Positions 1 to 10,148 of a DNA stretch of 64,000 nucleotides are shown piece by piece. The translations under genes and the position numbers were made by a program. Within the stretch, counting starts at the first letter, position 1. Each line of letters opens with the position of its first letter. The stretch lies in the NCBI GenBank assembly GCA_965237905.1, contig OZ250172.1, forward strand, positions 192,001 to 256,000, read 5' to 3'. The notes under the pieces are model-generated. The model did no database searches and had not been told where the DNA came from. It was given only the letters and a program-made list of their open reading frames with translations. The stretch comes from Nitrospinaceae bacterium. Its GTDB lineage: Bacteria > Nitrospinota > Nitrospinia > Nitrospinales > Nitrospinaceae.

Positions 1-89
1 TAAAGTAGTTCACGAAGGTTCTTTATAGTAATTTCAAACCTTCATTCGGTTTTTTGAGCATCTCTCTTCTACTGACTTGGTTTTTTGAC

Positions 90-971
90 ATGAAGTCATC
101 CATCAGATTTTTCACCGGTTTTATCCTTGCCTTTGGCTTATCAGGTTGGCTTTCTTTAGTATCCGCTTCCCAACCGACCCTCTCCGCTTCCGGTAAGTCT
201 CAATCAAATACCTCGATTACAGAATATCCCTATGAGGCTTTAGGACCTTCCATTTCATTAAAATGGCCGCGGGGAAGCCTGATATTTCCAGAAAGCAATG
301 ACCCGAGCAGGACCAATGAAGTGTTCCTTTTGAATGAAGCCTTCACTTCCCAATCCGAGCTTCAATCGCTTCATCATCACTTGGGGTTACAGTTTTTCTC
401 GCGCAACAAATACAACCAAGCTAAAGTGGAATACTTGAAGGCGTTGAAATTCGAATCCAATATTCCCGCTATTCATAAGAACCTGGGTTTGATTTATTTC
501 AATTCCAAGAGCTACAAAAGAGCCTACCGGAAAGCATTGCAGCTCGACCCGGGATACACCACCGCCCTGGCTAAACTGGCGATCTCCCTGGCGGCTCAAA
601 AAAAATATACCTCGGCAGAAAGAAAATTCAAACAGGCGATTCGGGCGGAACCTTCCAATGCCGATCACTACCTCAACCTGGGGCACTTTTATTTCTACTT
701 GAAGAAAAATTACAAGGGAGCTAAAAACTCTTATCAAAAAGCCTTGAAATTGAATCCCAGATTGAGAAAAGCCAAAAACAACTTAAGGGATATTAACCGG
801 AAGTTCAGAAAATGGAAGGACCAGGAAAGTGATTTTGAAAGTTCCTGGGGAAGTGATTTCGACTACGATAGCTCAAAAAATGCGGAGAAACAAAATATAC
901 CGGGTTATTCCGAAGAAGCTGACATTGCCGGTACCTGGGAGGAGGAAAGCACACAGCACCCGCTTTTTTAA
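90..971 (+). CDS. Exported tetratricopeptide-repeat (TPR) protein
   Basis: Signal-peptide-like N-terminus from ATG at 90; four TPR-like units (HHHLGLQFF, HKNLGLIYF, LAKLAISL, YLNLGHFYF...AKNSYQKALKLNP); acidic tail. Confidence 0.8.
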   Translation: MKSSIRFFTGFILAFGLSGWLSLVSASQPTLSASGKSQSNTSITEYPYEALGPSISLKWPRGSLIFPESNDPSRTNEVFLLNEAFTSQSELQSLHHHLGLQFFSRNKYNQAKVEYLKALKFESNIPAIHKNLGLIYFNSKSYKRAYRKALQLDPGYTTALAKLAISLAAQKKYTSAERKFKQAIRAEPSNADHYLNLGHFYFYLKKNYKGAKNSYQKALKLNPRLRKAKNNLRDINRKFRKWKDQESDFESSWGSDFDYDSSKNAEKQNIPGYSEEADIAGTWEEESTQHPLF

Positions 972-996
972 AACCCCTGCAAACAACGCGACAGAC

Positions 997-1239
997 TTAC
1001 TCTTCTTTTATTTCTTCTATTTCGATAATGGGAGTATCGGTCTCGATATACTCCCCTTCATTTGCATAAATTTCCTTCACCACACCCTCATACTCAGAAA
1101 CAAGCGTGTAATAACCCTCCGCAACAATTTCGGCCACCGGCATTCCCACTTTAACCGTATCTCCGATATTGACGAGAAATTCATCTACTTTACCGGACGT
1201 CATAGTCGGATACATAGGTGCCATGGTGATATATGCCAT
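997..1239 (-). CDS. Stand-alone biotinyl/lipoyl-attachment-like domain protein
   Basis: Lipoyl-domain pattern PTMTSGKV...V.IGDTVKVG.PVAEI...EGVVKEI...EGE.I; GGAGG RBS upstream. Confidence 0.75.
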   Translation of the reverse strand: MAYITMAPMYPTMTSGKVDEFLVNIGDTVKVGMPVAEIVAEGYYTLVSEYEGVVKEIYANEGEYIETDTPIIEIEEIKEE

Positions 1240-1362
1240 ATTCCTCCAGAATTAAATTAGGGGTGCTTCACCCATGCGTAATTTAAAATTTTATGTTTGA
1301 GAATATTATAATTGGATCGCTATGATAGTATAGGAATATTTCAAAATCCACGGAGTTTAGCC

Positions 1363-1596
1363 ATGAAAATCAAAGTCGGGGATTGCCTGTACGAGCCGCT
1401 CTCCCAGAACAATGGAGAGGTCACCCGAATCATCAGTCATCCCAATGGAAAACTGGTGACCGTACGTTGGAGAGTGGAAGACCATCTTCCCCATGATACG
1501 GAACATTTTTATTCCAAATTGAGCAAGAGCATCAAAAAAGGAGAAATCGAATATACTCCCGGCCCGGAGCACGAGTCGGAAGAAAATCCTTCATGA
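1363..1596 (+). CDS. Small hypothetical protein
   Basis: GGAG RBS before ATG 1363 (MKIKVGD...); fills the gap between neighbouring genes. Confidence 0.6.
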   Translation: MKIKVGDCLYEPLSQNNGEVTRIISHPNGKLVTVRWRVEDHLPHDTEHFYSKLSKSIKKGEIEYTPGPEHESEENPS

Positions 1597-1654
1597 TTTC
1601 TATCCAAGGCCTCCGTCAAAGATTTCAACTCACCCCATAGCCCCAAACTTCCGA

Positions 1655-1939
1655 TTATTGCCGATACATCGTGTGGCTTGGCCGCCCTGCTAGAATATTT
1701 TCCTTCCCCCAGTCCACGACCCCGGCAAATTTATCGGATTTGATAAAAGCGTTGTAAGCCTCTTCAGAATTCCAGTCGGAAACGATCAGATACGAATGGG
1801 AATCATTCACATCTTTGTACAAATTGGACTGCGTGTGCCCTTCCATTTCACTCATTACTTTTATAACGCTTTTAAAGGCATTTTCAAAAACTTCCTCTTT
1901 TCCAGGAATAATTTTATAATTCATCCCGATTGTTACCAT
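1655..1939 (-). CDS. Antibiotic biosynthesis monooxygenase (ABM/IsdG-like) family protein
   Basis: Y.IIPGKEEVFE...GH...LY.D....YLIVSDWNSEEAY.AF..S pattern, 94 aa. Confidence 0.8.
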   Translation of the reverse strand: MVTIGMNYKIIPGKEEVFENAFKSVIKVMSEMEGHTQSNLYKDVNDSHSYLIVSDWNSEEAYNAFIKSDKFAGVVDWGKENILAGRPSHTMYRQ

Positions 1940-1976
1940 TTTATTATCCTCATTCTCAGTAAATTTATGAAGGGGT

Positions 1977-2990
1977 TCAAACTATCAACTCAGGGGCGAT
2001 CATGTCAGGAGTTTGCGTAAAGACCAATTCTTTAATGGCAAACTTTTCCTTCAGCATCAAAATGTTCTCTTTGCGGTGCCCAGTATAATTAGAAATTTTT
2101 CGCAAGGGAACTTTAAAAGTCACCCGTTCCGGCAAAACCGCTTCCCGTAACAGGAGGTCGCACAAGGTGTCGAAGCATATCCGGGATTCCACGAGGGACC
2201 GGAGCGCAGGATGATAGGGTCCGTCTACAAGATTGGCCAGCAACGAAGGCTCCGGGTGAAGCCCCAACCGGATTACGGGTATCCCTGCGTCCTCAAACCG
2301 TTTTACCGCCCTCTTGAGGGCGTTTACCGTTCGATCCAGGCTCCAGGGGGCATACTCTCCTTTTTTATACATTTCATAGAGGGCTGTCTCACGCACCACG
2401 AGAGCCGGATAAATCCGTACAAAATCCGGTTTGAATTGCAACATATCACTAACGGATCGCTGAAATATTTCTTCAGAGTCTCCGGGAAGCCCCAACATCA
2501 GCTGTAAGCCCAGTCCATAACCTTTGCTTCGGATTAGATGAACAGACTGCCCCAAGGATTCAGGAGTATCGCCCCTGCCGGATCGCCTGAGAACCTCCGG
2601 ATCGGTGGACTGGACACCCAATTCGATGATTTCCACCGAGTATTTGTCCAGAAGCGCCAATGCCCCGGCATCCACGGCACCCGGATGGGTGGATAGACGC
2701 AGGCTTTGGACATATCCCCGATCAACCCATAATTGCACCGACGATAAAAGAAATTCCTGCCGTTTCACTGGCAAAGCGGTGAACGTTCCACCATAAAAAG
2801 CCGCTTCACGGATAGCGGGAAGCTTTTCCAGCGGCCGCGATTTGAGATACGTATTGAAAGCGCTCTCCAACCGTGCTTGATCCCCCTCCTTCTCAGCTCC
2901 GGAAATCTCATTCTGGTTGCAGAAAACGCAACGGTAGGGGCATCCCTGATGAGGAATAAAAATGGGAACGATCATACGTTGGCGAGGCAT
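1977..2990 (-). CDS. Radical SAM protein (Elp3/YhcC-like)
   Basis: IPHQGCPYRCVFCNQ (CxxxCxxC), FYGGTFT, IELGVQS, LMLGLPGD; typical position downstream of rnc. Confidence 0.85.
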   Translation of the reverse strand: MPRQRMIVPIFIPHQGCPYRCVFCNQNEISGAEKEGDQARLESAFNTYLKSRPLEKLPAIREAAFYGGTFTALPVKRQEFLLSSVQLWVDRGYVQSLRLSTHPGAVDAGALALLDKYSVEIIELGVQSTDPEVLRRSGRGDTPESLGQSVHLIRSKGYGLGLQLMLGLPGDSEEIFQRSVSDMLQFKPDFVRIYPALVVRETALYEMYKKGEYAPWSLDRTVNALKRAVKRFEDAGIPVIRLGLHPEPSLLANLVDGPYHPALRSLVESRICFDTLCDLLLREAVLPERVTFKVPLRKISNYTGHRKENILMLKEKFAIKELVFTQTPDMIAPELIV

Positions 2991-2994
2991 GTTA

Positions 2995-3711
2995 TCAATC
3001 GATAGGAGTTAAATTGAAACCTTCCAAAGCGGATTTGGCGGCGGCCTGCTCGGCTTCCTTTTTACTTTTGCCGTTTCCCCGTCCGCGAACACTTTCCTGA
3101 ACCAGGACCGCCACCTCAAACTCCTTGGCATGGGCAGGGCCCTTCTCGTTCACAATATTATAATTGGGAATGCAGTTGAACTGTGTTTGCGTATATTCCT
3201 GAAGCTCGCTTTTGTAATCCCGGAACCGGTCCGTCTCAGCATATTTGGCAATTTCCTCGCCAAGAACAGGCAGGTATATGTCCAACGCCATCTCCAGATT
3301 GCTATCGAAGTAAACGGCTCCGGCAAGGGCTTCATAGGCATTCGCCAAAAGAGAATTCTTTTCTCTGCCACCCGAGGCCTCTTCCCCTTTTCCCAAAAGC
3401 AGGTATTTTCCCAGATCCATTTGGCGGGCCAATTCGGCAAGACACGATTCATTGACCACGGCCGCACGAATTTTGGAAAGGGTTCCCTCCGCAAAATCTG
3501 GAAAGGCTTTGATCATATAACCGCTGACAATCAAATCCAGAACCGAGTCACCTAAAAACTCAAAGCGCTCATTATCTTTCAAAGATTGTGAATTTTCGTT
3601 GACGTAGGATTTATGAGTCAGGGCTTTATTGAGGAGAGAAATATCCCGAAAAGTGTAACCGATTTGCTTTTGAAGAGAGGCTAATTCCTGGGTGCGTTCT
3701 GTAGGAAGCAT
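2995..3711 (-). CDS. rnc: Ribonuclease III
   Basis: NERFEFLGDSVL signature; C-terminal dsRBD (DYKSELQE...GKSKKEAEQAAA). Confidence 0.97.
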   Translation of the reverse strand: MLPTERTQELASLQKQIGYTFRDISLLNKALTHKSYVNENSQSLKDNERFEFLGDSVLDLIVSGYMIKAFPDFAEGTLSKIRAAVVNESCLAELARQMDLGKYLLLGKGEEASGGREKNSLLANAYEALAGAVYFDSNLEMALDIYLPVLGEEIAKYAETDRFRDYKSELQEYTQTQFNCIPNYNIVNEKGPAHAKEFEVAVLVQESVRGRGNGKSKKEAEQAAAKSALEGFNLTPID

Positions 3712-3724
3712 TGAAGCCTGGCGG

Positions 3725-4966
3725 TTAACTCACCATTTCCTTGAAAATGATGACTCCGTTGGTACCTCCAAATCCAAACGAGTTGGACAAGGCGGCGGTT
3801 ATTTTTTTCTTGCGGGCTTCATTGGGAACATAATCCAGATCGCAATCCGGGTCCGGTGTGGTGTAGTTGATGGTTGGGGGAATAATGCCATGATGAATAG
3901 CCAAGACCGAATAAATCGCCTCGATCCCTCCAGCGGCTCCCAGCAGGTGCCCGGTCATCGACTTGGTGGAGCTGACGACCAGTTTGTAGGCATGGTCCCC
4001 AAAGACTTTTTTAATCGCGGCCGTCTCAGTGGTATCCGCCGCTGTAGAGGTGCCATGGGCATTGATATAGCTGATGTCCTCTTTATTCAGTTTGGAGTTA
4101 TCCAGAGCCAACTGCAGGCACCTTGCGGCCCCCTGCCCTTCAGGAGCGGGTGCCGTAATGTGATAGGCATCCCCATTCAAAGCATATCCGCCCACTTCGG
4201 AATATATTTTGGCTCCCCGCTTTTTAGCACTTTCCATTTCTTCCAGGATCACCACGCCACAGCCCTCACCTATCACAAAACCATCCCGGTCTTTATCAAA
4301 AGGCCGACTGGCCCCTTCCGGGTCGTCATTGCGGGTAGATAACGCTTTGGCGGCGGCAAACCCACCAACGGCCAGAGGAGTGATAACCGATTCGGTTCCT
4401 CCGGCAATCATCGTATCCGCCACCCCGTCACGGATCATTTGATACGCATCCCCAATAGCATGCGTTCCCGTGGCGCAGGCAGTCGCGACACAGCTGTTGG
4501 GACCTTTCGCTCCCAAATGAATGGACACCTGCCCGGAAGCCAGGTTGGGGATGAGCATGGGAATAAAAAAAGGCGTGATTTTTTTTACACCTTTATCCAG
4601 ATAGATCTTGTGGTACTTCTCAATGGCCGGCAAACCACACAGACCGACCCCCACCAGTACGCCGACTCTCTCCGCATTTTTGTCGGTGATCTCAAAACCG
4701 GAATCCTCCATGGCCATTTGACTGCAGGCCACGGCATAATGAATAAAGGTATCCATTTTTTTTACTTCTTTGTGATCGAGATAATCCTCAGGCTGGAATC
4801 CCTCAACTTCGCCCGCTATTTTTACGGGGAAATCATCAGGGACCTCAAACTTTGAAATAGGCCGGATGCCGGACTTACCCGCGCACACCGCGTCCCAATT
4901 CGTCTTCACACCAATACCCAAGGGCGATATGATGCCCAACCCTGTAACGACCACACGTCTTGACAT
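3725..4966 (-). CDS. fabF: 3-oxoacyl-ACP synthase II
   Basis: RRVVVTGLG, ATACATG catalytic Cys, INAHGTST, TGHLLGAAG, SNSFGFGGTN. Confidence 0.97.
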   Translation of the reverse strand: MSRRVVVTGLGIISPLGIGVKTNWDAVCAGKSGIRPISKFEVPDDFPVKIAGEVEGFQPEDYLDHKEVKKMDTFIHYAVACSQMAMEDSGFEITDKNAERVGVLVGVGLCGLPAIEKYHKIYLDKGVKKITPFFIPMLIPNLASGQVSIHLGAKGPNSCVATACATGTHAIGDAYQMIRDGVADTMIAGGTESVITPLAVGGFAAAKALSTRNDDPEGASRPFDKDRDGFVIGEGCGVVILEEMESAKKRGAKIYSEVGGYALNGDAYHITAPAPEGQGAARCLQLALDNSKLNKEDISYINAHGTSTAADTTETAAIKKVFGDHAYKLVVSSTKSMTGHLLGAAGGIEAIYSVLAIHHGIIPPTINYTTPDPDCDLDYVPNEARKKKITAALSNSFGFGGTNGVIIFKEMVS

Positions 4967-4992
4967 AAAATTTTCTGGACGGATTATAAAAA

Positions 4993-5226
4993 TTAATTGG
5001 TGTGCTTGTTGATATAATCAATCGCGTGTTCTACGGTAACAATCTTTTCAGCATCCTCATCCGGGATTTCGATTTCAAAGGCTTCTTCCAAAGCCATGAC
5101 CAATTCCACGATATCCAGTGAATCGGCCCCCAGATCATCGATAAACGCCGCAGTTCCTGTTACCTGTTTTTCATCCACACCCAACTGATCTACAATAATT
5201 TCTTTTACTTTATCTTCCACAGACAT
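4993..5226 (-). CDS. acpP: Acyl carrier protein
   Basis: [18 protein letters not shown] phosphopantetheine motif. Confidence 0.98.
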   Translation of the reverse strand: MSVEDKVKEIIVDQLGVDEKQVTGTAAFIDDLGADSLDIVELVMALEEAFEIEIPDEDAEKIVTVEHAIDYINKHTN

Positions 5227-5248
5227 AATTTATACGCTCCTCAATAGG

Positions 5249-5989
5249 TCACATTAACATCCCACCATTAACACTGAGAACCTGGCCGGTTATATAACTG
5301 GCCCGGTCCGAAACAAGAAATGAAATACAATTGGCAATATCTTCGGGTAGACCCAACCGAGCCAGCGGGATTTGCTCGATGAGCCGTTCTCGAACTTTTT
5401 CATCCAAAACCTGGGTCATGGCGGTATCGATAAAACCCGGGGCAATTGCATTAACCCGGATTCCTCGTGAAGCCACCTCCCTGGCAGTGGTCTTGGTCAG
5501 CCCAATCAATCCCGCCTTGGAAGCCGAGTAATTGGCCTGACCTGCATTACCCATCAAACCGACAATAGAAGCAATGTTCACGATGGATCCGCTTTTTTGC
5601 TTCATCATCTGTTTGACCGCCTGCTGACTGCACAAAAAGGAACCTTTGAGATTGATTGAAAGCACCAAATCCCAGTCGGCTTCCTTCATCCGCATCAGCA
5701 ATCCGTCGCGGGTGATCCCGGCGTTGTTCACCAGGATATCTACCAGTTTAAATTCTTTCGAGACAGAATCAAAACATTTTTGAACCGCCCCGGCGTCCGT
5801 CACGTTCAATTCCACGGCAGAGGCAGAACCGCCGCCGCTTTTGATATCATCTGCCGATTTTTCAGCACCTTCCAGATTGACATCGCCTAGAATTACATGG
5901 GCACCTTGACGCGCCAGTTCTTCACCAACGATCTTTCCAATTCCCTGCGCTCCGCCCGTCACGAGGGCAATTTTATCCTTTAGCTCCAT
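5249..5989 (-). CDS. fabG: 3-oxoacyl-ACP reductase
   Basis: TGGAQGIG, NNAGITRD, YSASK; operon context. Confidence 0.96.
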   Translation of the reverse strand: MELKDKIALVTGGAQGIGKIVGEELARQGAHVILGDVNLEGAEKSADDIKSGGGSASAVELNVTDAGAVQKCFDSVSKEFKLVDILVNNAGITRDGLLMRMKEADWDLVLSINLKGSFLCSQQAVKQMMKQKSGSIVNIASIVGLMGNAGQANYSASKAGLIGLTKTTAREVASRGIRVNAIAPGFIDTAMTQVLDEKVRERLIEQIPLARLGLPEDIANCISFLVSDRASYITGQVLSVNGGMLM

Positions 5990-6010
5990 CGATCCTCTTA
6001 ACCTAATAGA

Positions 6011-6949
6011 TTAACCTTTTAATGCCGTAATTGTTTTTTCCAGGGACTCCTGATCTCCCACCTGGTAACAATCCACGCTTTTATCAAACCGTCTCATTAA
6101 TCCCGACAATACTTTGCCGGACCCGATTTCCACGATCGCCTGGATTCCCTGATCGACCATATATTGCATCGTTTCCAACCAACGCACCGGAGAACAGACT
6201 TGCCGGACCAAGGCTTGCCGCGCATCGCTTCCTTTGGAAATAGGTTTGGCTTGCACATTGGAAATGACTGGAACCTTTAAATCCTGAAACTCGGTTTGTT
6301 CCAGTTCACCTTGAAGTTTGATTTCCGCCGGCTTCATCAAAGAGCAGTGAAAGGGAGCGCTGACCGGCAAGAGAACGGATTTTTTGGCACCCGCCTGCTT
6401 CGCGTTTTCGGAAACGCTTTCCACTGATTCCTTATGACCTGCGATGACTATTTGCTCTGGACTGTTCAGATTGGCCGGTTGAACAACTTTTCCATTCGTG
6501 GAGACATCGTTGCAGAGTTCCTGGATTTTCTCCAAGGGCAAGCCAATGATCGCCGCCATGCCGCCGACCCCAACTGGTACGGCTTCCTGCATAAAACGAC
6601 CCCGTTGGCGAACCAGATGAACGGCATCCCGAAACTTGAGAGCTTCCACCGCAACCAGCGCGGAAAATTCACCCAAGCTATGGCCTGCCGCCATTACAAA
6701 ATCTATATCATGCTCTTTTAATCTTTTCAAGGCAATACTACTATGGATCAACAACGCAGGTTGTGTGTTTTCGGTCAATTTCAAAACCTCTTCCGGACCG
6801 TTAAAACAAATGTCCGCGATGTCCTGCCCCAGCACATCGCAGGCTTCATCAAACATAGCCCGGCACTCGGCGTCCGAATCATAAAAATCTTTTCCCATTC
6901 CTACAAACTGGGATCCCTGACCGGGAAATAAAAAAGCTGTCTTTACCAT
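6011..6949 (-). CDS. fabD: Malonyl-CoA:ACP transacylase
   Basis: FPGQGSQ, GHSLGE, VSAPFH; start at 6949 overlaps the fabH stop. Confidence 0.96.
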   Translation of the reverse strand: MVKTAFLFPGQGSQFVGMGKDFYDSDAECRAMFDEACDVLGQDIADICFNGPEEVLKLTENTQPALLIHSSIALKRLKEHDIDFVMAAGHSLGEFSALVAVEALKFRDAVHLVRQRGRFMQEAVPVGVGGMAAIIGLPLEKIQELCNDVSTNGKVVQPANLNSPEQIVIAGHKESVESVSENAKQAGAKKSVLLPVSAPFHCSLMKPAEIKLQGELEQTEFQDLKVPVISNVQAKPISKGSDARQALVRQVCSPVRWLETMQYMVDQGIQAIVEIGSGKVLSGLMRRFDKSVDCYQVGDQESLEKTITALKG

Positions 6950-7944
6950 CGAATCGCCGCCGCTCCCCAAGTTAGACCTGCGCCCAAAACGGTGAGCAGA
7001 CTCAACGTTCCTGATTGAAGTCTTCCGGACTCGCGTGCTTCATGCAGAGCGATCGGAATGGAAGCCGCGCTGGTATTTCCGTATTTATGAATATTGATAA
7101 AAAATTTATCAATATTCATATCCAGTTTTTCAGCAACGGTCTCAATAATTCTTCGGTTGGCCTGATGAGGGATCACCACATCCACATCTCCGGTAGACAG
7201 CTCATTGAATTCCAGACATTCTCTGGAAACTTCACTCATGCGTTTCACCGCCATTTTAAAGGTCGATTGCCCCGACATTTTCAAACAGTACATTTTATTG
7301 TCTACCGCTTCGTGGTTCACCGGTTCCCTTCCAATACCACCGGGCACGATCAACATATCGGATTGATTCCCATCGGAATAGATATGAGATGAAAGAATCC
7401 CTGTCGGTTTTTCCTTTTCGACCCGCTTGATGATAACCGCACCGGCGCCGTCTCCGAATAAAATACAGGTCTTCCGGTCAGTCCAGTCCATGATCCGGGA
7501 ATTGACTTCGGCTCCTATCACCATGACCTTCTCATACCGCCCGCTTTTGATGTATTGCTCGGCAATCGACAATCCGAATACAAACCCGGAACAAACGGCG
7601 GAAATGTCATAGGCCGCGGCTTTGGAGGCACCTAGATTCTTTTGCACAAAACAGGCCGTCGAGGGATAAAGCACATCCGGGGTGGAGGTGCAGACGATAA
7701 TCATATCCAACTCATCCGGGATCATTCCGGCCGCATTCAAAGCATTTTTGGCCGCATGGGCTCCCAGGGTGGAGGAAGACTCATCCTTCCGGGCAATCCT
7801 TCTCTCCTGAATACCGGTACGAGTTCGGATCCACTCATCCGAAGTATCCAAAGTTTTTTCCAGGTCCGCATTGGTCAAAACTTTTTCGGGAAGATACATA
7901 CCCGTTCCCACGATTTCAGCCTGGTACAGAGATTTTTTTTTCAT
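6943..7944 (-). CDS. fabH: 3-oxoacyl-ACP synthase III
   Basis: DTSDEWIRTRTGI, AVCSGF, PHQAN, GNTSAASIP. Confidence 0.96.
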   Translation of the reverse strand: MKKKSLYQAEIVGTGMYLPEKVLTNADLEKTLDTSDEWIRTRTGIQERRIARKDESSSTLGAHAAKNALNAAGMIPDELDMIIVCTSTPDVLYPSTACFVQKNLGASKAAAYDISAVCSGFVFGLSIAEQYIKSGRYEKVMVIGAEVNSRIMDWTDRKTCILFGDGAGAVIIKRVEKEKPTGILSSHIYSDGNQSDMLIVPGGIGREPVNHEAVDNKMYCLKMSGQSTFKMAVKRMSEVSRECLEFNELSTGDVDVVIPHQANRRIIETVAEKLDMNIDKFFINIHKYGNTSAASIPIALHEARESGRLQSGTLSLLTVLGAGLTWGAAAIRW

Positions 7945-7986
7945 GCGCAGATTAAGTTGGGCCGTTTAATTCAAAGGATCTGATAA

Positions 7987-9093
7987 TTAATTTTTTGAAG
8001 GATCGTCGGATGTTTCCTCGGAAGTTTCGAAATCTTTGGGGTCATCTTCCGGGCCGGTAACAATTTCCTTAATATGTTGCCAGAGCGATCCCTTGCCGTC
8101 CAGATTGTATTCAATATCCTCACAGATATGTTCATTGATTTTTTTTTCCACAAACAAATGCGCCTGGTAAATAGCATTCTTGATCGCTTTGGGACTGGAA
8201 CTGCCGTGGGCGATGATGCACACTCCATTGATTCCCAGAAGGGGCGCCCCTCCCTTTTCCGAATAATCGACTTTTTTCTTCAATTGAGTCAAATGAGGTT
8301 TCAGCAACATATAACTCAGCTTGGTCGTCATCCCCGTTTTAAAGAGGGTTTTCAGGCTACCACCGATCATCTCAGCCAGGCTTTCACTGATTTTGAGCGC
8401 CACATTTCCGGTAAAGCCGTCGCACACAATAACGTCGGCGTTGCCCCGGTAAACTTCTTTCCCTTCAATATTGCCGATAAAGTTGATATGGCTTTTCTTG
8501 AGTAGCTTGAAAGCCTCTTTGGTGGTCTCGTTGCCTTTACCATCCTCCTCACCTATACTCAGCAGCCCCACACCGGGATTGTCGTTCCCCAGAATGTATT
8601 TGGCATAAGCGTGGCCCATGATTCCAAATTGAAACAACTGGTTGGTTTTGCAATCCACATTGGCGCCGGCATCCAACAGGATAGAAGTGCCTTTAGCCGT
8701 CGGCAGTTGAACCGCGATGGCAGGCCGATCCACTCCCTTCAAAGGACGTAAAATGATAGTGGAATAGGCGAGGACCGCACCGGTATTGCCGGCACTGACG
8801 AAAGCAGAAGCTTCGCCTTTTTTAACCAGATCCACTCCAATCTTGATGGAGGACTTTTTTTTAGTTCGGATCACCTTGCTGGGGATGTCATTCATCTCGA
8901 CAACTTCATCCGCGTGCTCCACTTCGATGCTCAGCTGTTTCCAGTCCTCGTATTTCTCAAGTTCCTGATGCACCCGATGTGAAATTCCCGTGAGGATAAT
9001 AGGAATCTGAAATTCCCGTGCCGCCAACACAGCGCCTTCAACAATGGCCTCTGGAGCATGGTCTCCCCCCATTGCGTCAACAGCAATTTTCAT
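7987..9093 (-). CDS. plsX: Phosphate acyltransferase PlsX
   Basis: IAVDAMGGDHAP, SAGNTGA, LDAGANVD, CDGFTGNVALK. Confidence 0.96.
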   Translation of the reverse strand: MKIAVDAMGGDHAPEAIVEGAVLAAREFQIPIILTGISHRVHQELEKYEDWKQLSIEVEHADEVVEMNDIPSKVIRTKKKSSIKIGVDLVKKGEASAFVSAGNTGAVLAYSTIILRPLKGVDRPAIAVQLPTAKGTSILLDAGANVDCKTNQLFQFGIMGHAYAKYILGNDNPGVGLLSIGEEDGKGNETTKEAFKLLKKSHINFIGNIEGKEVYRGNADVIVCDGFTGNVALKISESLAEMIGGSLKTLFKTGMTTKLSYMLLKPHLTQLKKKVDYSEKGGAPLLGINGVCIIAHGSSSPKAIKNAIYQAHLFVEKKINEHICEDIEYNLDGKGSLWQHIKEIVTGPEDDPKDFETSEETSDDPSKN

Positions 9094-9277
9094 TTTTGAT
9101 TTTCTTCCTCCGGAAGGTTCAAAGGGGATCCGCCAATTGCCTCTTCAAGATAGAATTGGAGGAAATGAGGTTGTCAAAAACTTGGATCCGGCAATTTATT
9201 CGGGATAAGGTGATACCCCTTTCAATGGTTGAAATTCAAATAAACCGGTCAACCTGGATTGGAATCAATAGATCTAC

Positions 9278-9460
9278 TTAGACTGCTTCAACCTCTAAGA
9301 CTTCTTTATCCTTGTAGTATCCACAGTGAGGACAAACATGGTGAGGCCTTTTAATCTCATGACATTGGGTACATTCACCGTAAGCGGGAACACTTAAATG
9401 ATCATGCGAACGTCTCATTCCTTTTTTTGACTTGGATGTTCTTTTCTTGGGTACTGGCAT
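9278..9460 (-). CDS. rpmF: 50S ribosomal protein L32 (Zn-binding type)
   Basis: MPVPKKRTSKSKKGMRRSH...CTQC...HHVCPHCGYY. Confidence 0.97.
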   Translation of the reverse strand: MPVPKKRTSKSKKGMRRSHDHLSVPAYGECTQCHEIKRPHHVCPHCGYYKDKEVLEVEAV

Positions 9461-9478
9461 GCTGATTTCCTTTAAAAA

Positions 9479-10018
9479 CTACTTCAGTTTATCTTTCAAC
9501 GTTTTTAATACGGCCAATCGTGGGTCGATTGAATCCTTATCCGAACACTGACAATTTTTTTTATTCCGATTCAACCCACAATGGGAACAGATCCCTTTGC
9601 AATCATCCCTGCATAACCGGGCCAGAGGCAGACTCAACATCATCTGGTCATACACGGCTTGGGTTAAATCAATCCGATTATCGGAGTAGCACTCCACTTC
9701 GATGTCCGAAACATGGAGTTCAACATCCGTATTCCGGCTTCCGGCCTCTTGGCCGGGCACATAATGAGATGAAACCTTGGACCGAATCTTATAATTTAAC
9801 GGTTCCAAGCACCGGGAACAAGTCATTTCTATTTCTGTGGAAATGCTTCCCTTAAGAAAGACTTCCCGTCCCACTTTCGAAAGGCTACCTTGAACGTGAA
9901 CGTCTTCCCTTAAAATCCCTTCTTCCGGATCGACTTTAAAATAATCCAGCTTTTCAACGAGCTCAAAAACATATTCCTCGTCATCCGGAATATCATCAAA
10001 ATTTATGACCAAACTCAT
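9479..10018 (-). CDS. yceD: DUF177/YceD family protein
   Basis: CSRCLEP and LC..DCKGIC..CG...C.C...DPRLAVLK motifs; directly upstream of rpmF. Confidence 0.9.
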   Translation of the reverse strand: MSLVINFDDIPDDEEYVFELVEKLDYFKVDPEEGILREDVHVQGSLSKVGREVFLKGSISTEIEMTCSRCLEPLNYKIRSKVSSHYVPGQEAGSRNTDVELHVSDIEVECYSDNRIDLTQAVYDQMMLSLPLARLCRDDCKGICSHCGLNRNKKNCQCSDKDSIDPRLAVLKTLKDKLK

Positions 10019-10093
10019 GGTCGACCCGCTGATTCAAAAGGCATCATGAATACTATAATTGTGTCACGTGTAAAGGCGGGTAAGGTACTAAAA

Positions 10094-10122
10094 ATACTAG
10101 CTTTAATAAGCTAAAGAGTCAA
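10094..10122 (-). promoter_or_regulatory. Sigma70-like promoter for the yceD-rpmF-plsX-fab operon
   Basis: Minus strand TTGACT-17 bp-TAGTAT. Confidence 0.6.
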
Positions 10123-10148
10123 GGGGAAATTCAGCCTTCAATCCCCAT

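Noticed and set aside
470..560. Second TPR unit appears three residues short (KSYKRAYRKAL)
   Set aside because: An in-frame micro-deletion or normal TPR variation; cannot be evaluated without homologs and has little consequence.
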